From Aplysia californica (Eukaryota): DNA of 64,000 nucleotides. The stretch is from the NCBI RefSeq assembly GCF_000002075.1, contig NW_004797392.1, positions 829,936-893,935 on the forward strand. Direction: 5' to 3'. The notes under the pieces were generated by a model. That model was not told the origin of the DNA, ran no database searches, and saw only the letters and a list, made by a program, of their open reading frames with translations. Shown piece after piece: positions 27,201 to 35,800 of the stretch. Each line of letters opens with the position of its first letter. Within the stretch, counting starts at the first letter, position 1. The position numbers and the translations under genes were made by a program.

Positions 27201-28518
27201 AAGAGCTACAAAGACACCCTGAAAATGTCTCTGAAGGACTTGAACATAAATATTTCGACATCAGAAAGCAAATATATCATATGAGGTTTCAAGAATACAA
27301 AATTTTAAAAGTTTTATTACCTTTCCCGCACAGTTCACCTTGACTTTGTCACCAGACACAGAAACGACTGAATTTCCACCAGTGTCTTCCTCATCTGATG
27401 TCAAAGGCCGACATTTTGCAACCAACTTTACTCCAAAACTTTCGGAAGGCTTTGATCAAAGACAAGAGGAGGAGAAAGAGCAAATATAACTTTCATAGTA
27501 AACAACAAATAATAAAATATTTGCAAATAAATATGCAAAGTGTCGGCTAATGGATTGGATGACTGAATACTCTTTCAAATTGATTTATTTTATTCAATAG
27601 GTACTAAAATGTTTTTTGTAGGATGTGATATTTCAAAGCTGCACCCTCATCACTTTAAGTTACCAAGGACTAAGATGTGGGCCACCTTTTATTTCCAAGA
27701 ACCCAGCAAAATTGGGAGTTTCTAAAAAATCCATAACTCATATATATATATATGTTTGTCAATCAATTCTCTTATCATTCATGGATATATGTTGTTAATA
27801 ATTGAACGTTCTTTCAAGTACAGGAATAAAACTAAAAGGAACCTGTAGTACATAGTTTTACAAATAAGAGGGTGAGAATGAGGCCAAAGATTGAAACTGG
27901 AGAATGATCTTTCATTGTGCAACGTAATATGAATTATGTTTCTTGTTTAGGTTATATTCTTCGCCGTTATCGTAATCATAAATTCTTAAATGAATTTGAA
28001 TTAAGACTCTCAGCGTGCTCATTTGCCTTAAAGGTATCAAGAATGCTATGTTTTGATCTCATTTGTCGGTGATATATGTGGACATGGTGTACCAGGGAAT
28101 TTGCATTGAAATGGGGAAAATGCAACTCTGGTATGCCGCATAAAAAATTTCATTTAGAAATTACTCTGTCATGCAAGACATCTCTTTCTGGTTTCATTGG
28201 AAAGCAAAAGAATGCATCTTGTAACACCTATCAATTGAAATTGCATATCTACAATAGGCTACACAAGTACAAGTAATTCTGAAACAGAATGTAGAATTGC
28301 ACATTATTTAAAATGAGCCAATTTACCTATCATGTAGATTCTAGATCTAGATCTAGATATCTAGATCTAGGCTAAGTAAAGTTGGAAAATGGCACATTTG
28401 CGAAAATTAACCTCAGCGGGCCTTTGTGATTAAAGGGGCTCGAAGGTCGGGTCAAGGGCCTCGGGGACTGACCAAAAAATTTAACAGTGGAGAAATACAC
28501 AAGCAAATACAATACCAT
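3762..28518 (-). CDS. Divergent kinesin-like protein (N-terminal motor domain, kinesin-3-like neck, long coiled-coil tail), about 702 aa, spliced gene
   Basis: Hand-spliced GT-AG exons with consistent phase: [28518-28516 ATG, tentative], 27449-27321, 26259-26212, 25299-25216, 24231-24169, 22963-22889, 21652-21573, 21189-21070, 20005-19911, 19506-19464, 19077-18978, 17935-17881, 16473-16391, 14966-14859, 14625-14521, 13210-13121, 11108-11012, 10072-9930, 9328-9269, 8960-8859, 7836-7735, 7371-7267, 6022-5872, 3829-3762(TAA). Kinesin motifs: [18 protein letters not shown]-loop [41 protein letters not shown]. Confidence 0.93.
3960..4252 (+). mobile_element. RTE-clade LINE 3' fragment with (TAAG)n tail
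   Basis: ORF 3986..4210 [40 protein letters not shown], typical of the RTE ORF C-terminus. Confidence 0.85.
5872..6022 (-). CDS. kinesin tail exon [50 protein letters not shown]
   Basis: CAG/GTAAGT. Confidence 0.87.
7267..7371 (-). CDS. kinesin tail exon [35 protein letters not shown]
   Basis: CAG/GTGAGT. Confidence 0.87.
7735..7836 (-). CDS. kinesin tail exon [34 protein letters not shown]
   Basis: CAG/GTTAGT. Confidence 0.85.
8859..8960 (-). CDS. kinesin tail exon [34 protein letters not shown]
   Basis: CAG/GTGATT. Confidence 0.85.
9269..9328 (-). CDS. kinesin tail exon [20 protein letters not shown]
   Basis: CAG/GTAAGT. Confidence 0.85.
9930..10072 (-). CDS. kinesin tail exon [48 protein letters not shown]
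   Basis: TAG/GTAAAG; lies within ORF 9903..10268. Confidence 0.87.
11012..11108 (-). CDS. kinesin tail exon [32 protein letters not shown]
   Basis: CAG/GTATGT; coiled-coil composition. Confidence 0.85.
11719..11865 (+). repeat. About 150-bp dispersed repeat family X; + copies at 15767-15925, 53969-54125, 58621-58790; - copies at 11339-11497, about 46117-46312
   Basis: gcacttgcaacacaataaggtcat..gtgcc..aacaaacacaaaaaagaaggag..gagcacctgccaacca. Confidence 0.75.
13121..13210 (-). CDS. kinesin tail exon [30 protein letters not shown]
   Basis: CAG/GTATAT, phase 0. Confidence 0.85.
13387..13562. mobile_element. Tigger-like MITE
   Basis: tacagtataacacggataggtcgaa ... ttcgacctatcagtgttatctgta. Confidence 0.75.
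14150..14420 (-). mobile_element. RTE LINE 3' fragment with (GAT)n tail
   Basis: Minus strand encodes a degenerate ..LDWNPQG..GRPR.. region; the same 3' end is seen at 59540-59622 (-) and 55550-55645 (+). Confidence 0.7.
14521..14625 (-). CDS. kinesin exon [35 protein letters not shown]
   Basis: CAG/GTAATA; TWxEK motif. Confidence 0.88.
14859..14966 (-). CDS. kinesin neck-coil exon [36 protein letters not shown]
   Basis: CAG/GTATGA, phase 0. Confidence 0.88.
16391..16473 (-). CDS. kinesin exon [28 protein letters not shown] (end of motor domain)
   Basis: CAG/GTAATA; corresponds to ETLSTLRYA..AK.IKN. Confidence 0.9.
16551..16997. repeat. Tandem repeat, about 115-bp unit x4
   Basis: tatttcttgaaatctgaaagccactactaataaattgtaagtacaag...aattctatctgaattgatccacagc repeated. 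Confidence 0.9.
17881..17935 (-). CDS. kinesin exon [18 protein letters not shown]
   Basis: CAG/GTAAAT; DSLGGNS motif. Confidence 0.95.
18131..18362. mobile_element. About 230-bp MITE family S; further copies at about 37465-37697 and 63106-63337
   Basis: About 30-bp TIR gaagtgtgctgacaaaatgagttacttctc ... gagaagtaactcattttgtcagcacgcttc. Confidence 0.8.
18571..18686. repeat. 58-bp tandem duplication
   Basis: ggatctttcaattggtttaatcgaaaacagaagtaaaaatctaatatcaaattatatt x2. Confidence 0.9.
18978..19077 (-). CDS. kinesin exon [33 protein letters not shown]
   Basis: CAG/GTATGT; HIPYRDSK microtubule-binding motif. Confidence 0.95.
19464..19506 (-). CDS. kinesin exon [15 protein letters not shown] (switch II and short loop 11)
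   Basis: TAG/GTAAGC; phases 1/2 match the neighbouring exons. Confidence 0.85.
19911..20005 (-). CDS. kinesin exon [31 protein letters not shown]
   Basis: CAG/GTAATT; leads into switch II. Confidence 0.9.
21070..21189 (-). CDS. kinesin exon [40 protein letters not shown] (degenerate switch I)
   Basis: CAG/GTTTGT; lies within ORF 20898..21203. Confidence 0.9.
21573..21652 (-). CDS. kinesin exon [26 protein letters not shown]
   Basis: AAG/GTGAGT; DLLNP motif. Confidence 0.9.
21804..22317. mobile_element. MITE with TTAA target-site duplication (piggyBac-like)
   Basis: ttaa-ctcacccagcccta ... tagggttgagtgag-ttaa terminal inverted repeats. Confidence 0.8.
22889..22963 (-). CDS. kinesin exon [25 protein letters not shown]
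   Basis: CAG/GTATGT, phase 0. Confidence 0.9.
23080..23327. mobile_element. About 245-bp piggyBac-like MITE (family P), copy 1
   Basis: TIR ccctatccgt(a/g)cg flanked by TTAT/TTAA; homologous to 53705-53952 and 57580-57828 in opposite orientation. Confidence 0.85.
23527..23900 (+). repeat. Dispersed repeat family Y; copies at about 39728-40110, fragments at 7856-7900 and about 27630-27725(-)
   Basis: Shared gtggaatcaggcgctc.tcaattttt, gagtccttggaaactgaaaatttaca and taaatggacat blocks. Confidence 0.75.
24169..24231 (-). CDS. kinesin exon [21 protein letters not shown] (P-loop)
   Basis: CAG/GTAAGT; Walker A GxxxxGKS completed across the junction. Confidence 0.93.
24378..24648 (-). mobile_element. 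SINE family A copy, internally deleted in the tRNA region
   Basis: Shares ggaagcatacagtgcaagc, tgcctttcccaagga and ctaggccaccgatg blocks with 33487-33845. Confidence 0.8.
25216..25299 (-). CDS. kinesin exon [28 protein letters not shown]
   Basis: CAG/GTAAG; matches the GxNxxIxAxG motif. Confidence 0.92.
26212..26259 (-). CDS. kinesin exon [16 protein letters not shown]
   Basis: CAG/GTGAGT; FxFDxVF motif. Confidence 0.9.
27090..27260 (+). mobile_element. Degenerate RTE/BovB-like LINE fragment
   Basis: [30 protein letters not shown]-like translation. Confidence 0.65.
27321..27449 (-). CDS. kinesin exon [43 protein letters not shown]
   Basis: AG acceptor and GTAATA donor; matches the motor-domain start motif V..RxRP. 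Confidence 0.9.
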
Positions 28519-28519
28519 T

Positions 28520-29730
28520 TTAATAAATTCGATGAGCGTACGATGGCTGTCAAACTCGGAAAATTTCCTTGGTAGTTGTGTACATACACAAATTTTGATG
28601 ACGCGATATTTTTAAAAACCTGACCACCATAACGGAACAATACTTAAACTAAAGATACGTTACGTGTGCCGTGCGTCAGGCACCACGCGCGCCTATTCGA
28701 AACGACCTGTAGAAAAAAAAATATATCTACTGTTATGTTATGAAAACACAAACACAACGGTTAGGCATATGTCTTACTACATGGGTGGCGCTTGTTTTGT
28801 TGGATCAAATTTGTTCGATAAGCAGTGTAGGCCAAGCGCGAATGAGAATAACAGACTTGTCTTGTTGTGGGCCTGCATAGAAATACATGTAATAAGTAAA
28901 AATTGCCTGGAAGTAAATACTTAATTAGTCGTTGTCAAGCTAGGCTCTCATTCCCACTCATTGGCTGTTTGGTAGCTAGGCTAAAGGATTCCTTTTTAAA
29001 TACTCATGAACATTCGGCTCTAGTAATAAGTAATTGTGTGAGGTATGATCTAGAATCTCGTCTCCTTCCCTCATTCNNNNNNNNNNNNNNNNNNNNNNNN
29101 NNNNNNNNNNNNNNNNNNNNNNNNNNNNNNNNNNNNNNNNNNNNNNNNNNNNNNNNNNNNNNNNNNNNNNNNNNNNNNNNNNNNNNNNNNNNNNNNNNNN
29201 NNNNNNNNNNNNNNNNNNNNNNNNNNNNNNNNNNNNNNNNNNNNNNNNNNNNNNNNNNNNNNNNNNNNNNNNNNNNNNNNNNNNNNNNNNNNNNNNNNNN
29301 NNNNNNNNNNNACTTGTTGTAAGTGTTGTTATTGCTCTTCTACTTCTTCTTCTTCTGTCTTTGGAAGTGGGCCTATCGTTTGTGAGTGTATAGAGATTAA
29401 AGGAAAAGATAATGATTTCGTCTATCCTTTAAAAACCCCAAACAAAACAGTATAACAACACTCAACAGTTACCCAAAACACAAAACCTTTGACAGGGCTA
29501 CAAAACACATACTACAAAAATCCCCTTTTCACTTCCAGAGAATAGAGCGCATTTCGAAAATACTTATAGCTCTAGCTCTAGAGGCTCGCTAGAGAATGAC
29601 TCTGGAACAGGAAGAAGGCAGAGGCTGACCTTGTCTATTTTCACTTTCAATTGTTTTGTAAACTGGACTTGGATTGCTCGCCCAACTAGCAAAGTTGACG
29701 ACACTGCCCGACTCTTGTTTTCTCTTGAGT
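28520..29730. promoter_or_regulatory. Putative bidirectional promoter / 5' UTR region shared by the kinesin (-) and OCIAD1 (+) genes
   Basis: Divergent gene orientation with putative starts about 1.2 kb apart; local CpG enrichment (e.g. 28660-28710 cgtgtgccgtgcgtcaggcaccacgcgcgcc). The TSS cannot be determined from sequence alone. Confidence 0.5.
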
Positions 29731-29751
29731 GCAGCCTTGAAAGACTCCGAA

Positions 29752-29862
29752 ATGGCATCAGGTCAACCGCCATCACAAGTCTATTCGACTGCGCAAAGAG
29801 TAGGCCAAGATGGACAGCAGAATGTGCCAACTGATAATGCGAGTGCGGGGCCCGGTGGTCAG
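29752..29862 (+). CDS. OCIAD1: OCIAD1 first coding exon MASGQPPSQVYSTAQRVGQDGQQNVPTDNASAGPGGQ
   Basis: ATG in gaaATGG context, CAG|GT phase-0 donor; possible upstream acceptor near 29734. Confidence 0.7.
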
Positions 29863-32800
29863 GTTGTCTTTTAGTCTTAGTTGTTAAATTAAATTATTAG
29901 GCCTTAGAATATAGATCTAGATCTAGATCTAGATTATCTAGATTATCTAGATCTAGATCTAGATCTAGATCTAGTAGTGTCTGTCTTAGTTTTGATTCAT
30001 TGTAATTGTAAATTTACAATGTTATGGGCGGCAATACACTCTACACTTCACAACTTCACTGTAGGCCTACACTCTACACTACACCGATGGCCTTTCCCCA
30101 TTCCTGTCTCTCTGACTCTGAACATTTTATATACTTTTCCATTTCAGCCTTACACTTTATTTTATGGCCGGCTCTATTTCTCCGAATGCTCGGGAAAATA
30201 AACTTGAAAACTATTTCTCCGAACGGTTTCCATTCTCAAGATTTTTTGGATATTTGTGAATGGAGTGGCCGAGTGGCCCGTGTGTGTGTGTGTATAAGGT
30301 GTGAACGGGAGAGGGCGTGGGGGCGTGACGCGATTTTTTTTTTTTTTCGTTTTGCTGTAGGGGTGACTAAATGCAAACTAGATCTAGATCTAGGTTGCTG
30401 CCGAAGTCGAGCAGTCTTGTTTTCTCGCTGTACCTTTTGAAGGCATTAAATTCAAATTATGCAGTTTGGTCCGGGAACGTTGCCCCAACCACAATTGAAG
30501 TATCTGGATATTCAGACATCTAAAATCTCTGCTTGTTCTAGAAATTGAATTTGATGCGAAAAATGCTTCTTCCCAATCCTCGCAGAATGGCAGAATGAAA
30601 CATGACGCCGAATTCTCGCAAATAACCAAAAAATCTCAAGAACAGAAACCCTTAGGAGAAATAGAGGTCCAGTATTTTTCTGAGGGTTCGGAGAAATAGT
30701 AATAGTCACTTAGTTATTTTATTCAGCTTGTTCACTTTCGTCTGACTACAGGAAAAAAATTCCAGCTCATTGAGGAATTTACCAATGCCCATNNNNNNNN
30801 NNNNNNNNNNNNNNNNNNNNNNNNNNNNNNNNNNNNNNNNNNNNNNNNNNNNNNNNNNNNNNNNNNNNNNNNNNNNNNNNNNNNNNNNNNNNACTAGGTT
30901 GCTGCCGAAGTCGAGCAGTCTTGTTTTCTCGCCATACCTTTTGAAGGCATTTTTTCAAATTGGCCACCTCTATTCTCACCCGGGATGAGAATAGTGCAGG
31001 CTAGTCTTTTGGCTATTCTCACCCGGTGCGCGTTCACTGTTATAGCCTAGATCTAGGCCAACAAATTTTGCGTTCACCCTAAACCACAGAATTCTACACT
31101 GTGATAACAGAAAAACTGTAGAATTTTGTGCCGTGAACAAGCGTTCCATTAAAACTGTAGCCTGCTAAAAGCGTACAATTTTGTATGTGGGCAGTGGAGA
31201 GAGAGAGAGAGAGAAAGAGACAGAGAGAGGAGTAGCGCGAGAACTTCCGGTCAAAACAAAATGGCGACCCGCGTAGTTCGGCTCGATTCGAAAAGTTAAA
31301 TAGCCGTAGCATTTTTGTAGACAACCAAATTAATTTACTTTTGTGTTTTAACATCATTTTTTGCTTTGTTTTGGTCAATTTGATCGTCCACACCGATAGT
31401 CAGTATTCAGAAAGAAACAGAGAGAGAGAGAGAGAGGGGAGGAGTAGATCTTGCGAGAACTTCCGGACAAAACAAAATGGCGACTCGCGTAGTTCGGCTC
31501 GATTCGAACAGTGAAATAGCCATAGCATCTTTGAAGACGATCAAATTAGCTTACTTTTGTGCTATAACGTAATTTTTTCTTGGCTTTTATCAATTTGAAC
31601 ATCCACACCGATAGACAGTATTCCAAAATGAGGAAAAGCAGGTCTTGTTTCGCACCGTGTGAGAATAGCCTACGCTGGCAAGTCTCACCCGGGGTGAGAG
31701 GTAGATCGTTTTTCTATTCTCACCCCGGATGAGAATAGCCACTTCCTTTCAAATTATGCAGTTTGGTTCGGGAACGTTGCCCCAACCACAATTGAAGTAT
31801 CTGGATATTCAGACATCTAAAATCTCTGCTTGTTGTAGAAACTGAATTTGATGCGAAAAATGCTTCTTCCCAATCCTCGCAGAATGACAGAATGAAACAT
31901 GACGCCGAATTCTCGCAAATAACCAAAAAATCTGAAGAACAGAAACCCTTAAGAGAAATAGAGGTCCAGTATTTTCCCGAGGGTTCGGAGAAATAGTCAC
32001 TTTGTTATTTTATTCAGCTTGTTCACTTTCGTCTGACTACAGGAAAAAAATTCCAGCTCATTGAGGAATTTACCAATGCCCATGAAACTTTGCATGGCAC
32101 TTCTGCAGGCCAGCGTCCAAACAAAAATATTTTTTAAAAAATCTTGACCCCCAGTAAAATAGTGACTCTACGTTCACGATGTCCTGAATCATCCACCATT
32201 GGCAAAAATGGCACAGAGGCATGACGGAAATGCTACGGTTGCTCAAAGTGAATGAGGAAACAGCATATATAATAGGAATACTCGCTTGAAAAATAATGCA
32301 GCGGTGGTCCGAATGCAAAGGAGTTTACGGAGGGCTAAGGCGGGCACAGCAAAACAGCCGAGGTCGACAAGGCCTCGTTCGCTCAGCGCGCGGAACACGA
32401 CTTGGATCCTCTTCCCGTGTGCGGACCTGGTAACGCTCAACAATATGAAAATAAAAGTTGTTCGAAGAAACAAGGGAGAGTGGAAAGAAGGCCGAGGCGA
32501 GAAGAGGGGTGGGACTAGGGGGTGAAAAAAAGAAGCAGCAAAAGGGAAAAGAGTAGGGCCTTGGTGGGATGAAGTGAGCAAGACCATTCTTAATTGCAAA
32601 CTACATTCAGGGCGCCGTGAACTTAGCTTGCAAACTACGTTCACGGCGCCGTGATTGACGTAGTCACTGTGAATAAAAAAAGTTTTCTCTTTGGGCCCTA
32701 TATTATATATATATATATAATATTTCAATTTTGAGTAAGTGCTCTTTGGATGCATACACAGGATCACTAAAATAAATGACTTACAGTAGCCTTGCCTACA

Positions 32801-35800
32801 AATTGCTCATTTTGAGACATCGACACCGCCCTGCCCCCACATTTCAGCGTAAGCTTGTCGATTTCATGCCCCGGCTATCTAGACGTCTCCACGTGTTCCA
32901 CGCGAGTCTAGATAAATACTCATGCCGTCTCTTGAATCATGTTTCTAAGGAGAATTGTTAAAGAGGGGTGTTGAGGAAAATAGGTCCACTTTCAATTGTT
33001 TTAGGTGTGTGCTTTTAATCCCCTATTATTTTTTTGACCCGCTTTAGGCTTATATCAAAGAAAATGTGTGGGAACCTTAGTTTGCAGCACAGTGATTTTT
33101 AATACTTTTATGAATGGGTTTTCAGATTCTGTTGGTCATCCAACTTTTAGACCTGTATTCAAAGATTCGAGAAAATTGAACAAAGCAATTTCATTTTATG
33201 ATCTTGTTTTAACCAGGGCCAGACAAAGGTAAACCAGCTATAGACATCTGACATGCATGCTATTACTTACTATTGTTATATGGAATAAAATGTGAGATCT
33301 TTACCGGATGTCATAATTAGTATTCAGTCAGCAGGCCATACTCCTAATCTACAGACGTAGAGTTACAGCTTGTTTACTTTTATCTGACCGCTGTAAAAAC
33401 ATGAAAAAAACCCCCAAATTTCTCAATCTTTTAAGATCTTTGTATTGGCCTGCCGGTCTAAAAGTTGTTGAAGACATGAATGCATTTAATAATAATAATA
33501 ATAATAATAGCATTTGTATAGCGCAAATCCCCGCTCAACAGCAAACTCTCTATGCGCTTCACAATCTATACTATTAGCCCAGCAGACCTGAGAGCATTCT
33601 GAAACAACCTCAACTTCCTGGGAAGCATACAGTGCAAGCAGCCTTTTATAGGCGCTAAAACACTAACTTACAAGATCTTTCGCTGTCTATGGCCGGGTAC
33701 CCATTCCCACCTGGGTGAAATGAGGGAAATTCGTGTAAAATGCCTTTCCCAAGGACACAACGTCGGGCCCGCAGCTAGAACCCCCGAACCCGCAACCTCA
33801 CGATTACGAGTCTGGTAGCATAATCACTAGGCCACCGATGCCACAAACATTGAAGGGTTTCTAGTTTTTACTCTTGTGTCCCGGTTTATAGGTTGTCGTC
33901 TTCAGTTTTGCCCGGCTGCCAATCAAATGTTGAACTTGTTATTCTGAATGTTTGTTAATAGAAAATATATATATTTTTTTTTTCTGCTTATTAATTGTAT
34001 CATTATCAACCGTTGTGATTTCAGCCAATGCAGCTTACAGATGAGGAAAAAGACGTTATGAGAGAATGTGAAAGAGAAAGTTTCTACCTAAGAGGTATGA
34101 TGACATGAAGGGGAGACTACGTTTAGAAGTAATGTGAATTCTTTATTTAAGATTATAAGATAAGATGATACAGTCGAACCTGTGTAAGACGGAGTCGCAA
34201 GGGAGCCAGAAAAAGATTCTGTCTTAGACATTTTCCATCTTAGACAGGGGTATTTTGGGGGAAAGAGAGGGGGGTTTCAAATTCAAAGGCCCAGCTGGTG
34301 GATCTAGGTTTTCTTCTCCGGTCGGCAAGCAATGGTCAAAACTTCACACCTCTCAAGTGCTATCGTCTCTGATAATGGCATGTGTCAAGTGTCAGTCTTA
34401 CTTATCCATTGTCACCAGTGCTTGCGTTTCATAGGAGCATTGTTTGACCTAATAAAAACAGAAACGTTTGAACATATCCTTTGCTTCCACCCGTAAGGCC
34501 TTAGCTGTTATAAGCACAGACCAGCCAACGCCACCCCTCACAGCCTTGTAACAGATTTGAGGAGCTCTTTTGTTGGCTGGCCATCATGTGATCAGGGCGG
34601 CAGGCATTGGTCAAACGATTTTCACTCCTCTGGACTCTGACTAGCCATGAAAGCTTCCATGTTGGAGCGCCATGCGAGCACTTTCACTGGCACTGGTGAG
34701 ATTTCACACCCACACCACCCTGACCATCTGCACCGCTCAGGGCTTGTATAGATGGGGTAACAACTACCCCCAAGTTACATTCCCACTTCCCTTCCTCACC
34801 TGGCAGCATGGCGCAACGTTTAGAGCCGGAGGAACCCAACTTGTGAGATTTATTTCACGTCAGGGCTGAGGGGGCAATGCATTTTCCATCTTAGGCTGAT
34901 AAAATAAAACCATTGGAAGGGAGTAGATTTTTCTCTCCGTTTCCGCCTACTTACAGGTTTTGTTTTTTTGCAGGTAATTAAAGAGGACTTTATCAAAGGG
35001 GGAATGGGGAGATTCCGTTAAGACAGGTTTCCGTCTTACACATGTTTCCGTTAAGGCACGTTCGACTGTACTTAATGTCTCTGTGGGAATTCTTTCTGTG
35101 TCATGGGCAATTAATTATTGCTCTAAAATTTGATTGCAATCTCACTGTTGTTTAAGGGATGCTTCAGTTTAGATTATCTTTTAAATCATTTACTTTTCAT
35201 GAACAGTGTATAATTGGGATGACCTTTATCATGGATTGTCAGCCATCGTCTGCAATGCATATTATATTCAGTTTAAAACTTGTGCTTCATCAAAGGTTTC
35301 TTGCTGCCTGCTAAAATAAGTCACAAGTCATGGTCATGAAAAATGTGCTGAAAACTGGATTGAAAGTGAATGAAAAGCTTTGGAAAACAATCTCTGTGAA
35401 CGTCAAAAGATGAGCTGTGGTTGTTTATTTTAACTTAAGAAACACTTTTTTGTTACTATGCTTATGAATTCTTTTTTTTAAAACTCAGTAATAGTAATAT
35501 TTCTGATGTGTACAAGACACTAATGACAGTCATTCTTCTATAAAATGTCTACCTTATTGCATTTACCATTCGTAGCTGTTATAATGGTAGAGTAACGAGA
35601 ACGGGGACATACTGTAAAACTCCCACTCATTATTCTGATTATCAATTATTGAAACACACTCTAGAGCCAGCACTTGTATGATTTATTTGTGTTGCAAATG
35701 CCGTAAAGGTAAAAATCTTACTAAAACTAAACACTCTAGAGTCCAAGTAAGGTTAATATGTTTTTATGTGAAAACAAACTTCTTTTTACGTTTGAATTAT

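Noticed and set aside
3762-27449. Kinesin as a pseudogene
   Set aside because: There are no frameshifts or stops over 23 exons, all splice sites are canonical, and the degeneration is concentrated in the switch motifs.
29564-29830. 88-aa minus-strand ORF as a kinesin first exon
   Set aside because: It has a TTG start and no recognisable homology, and it overlaps the better-supported OCIAD1 first coding exon on the plus strand.
32243-32767. 174-aa minus-strand ORF
   Set aside because: Low-complexity and without motifs; it lies in a GC-rich putative TE within OCIAD1 intron 1.
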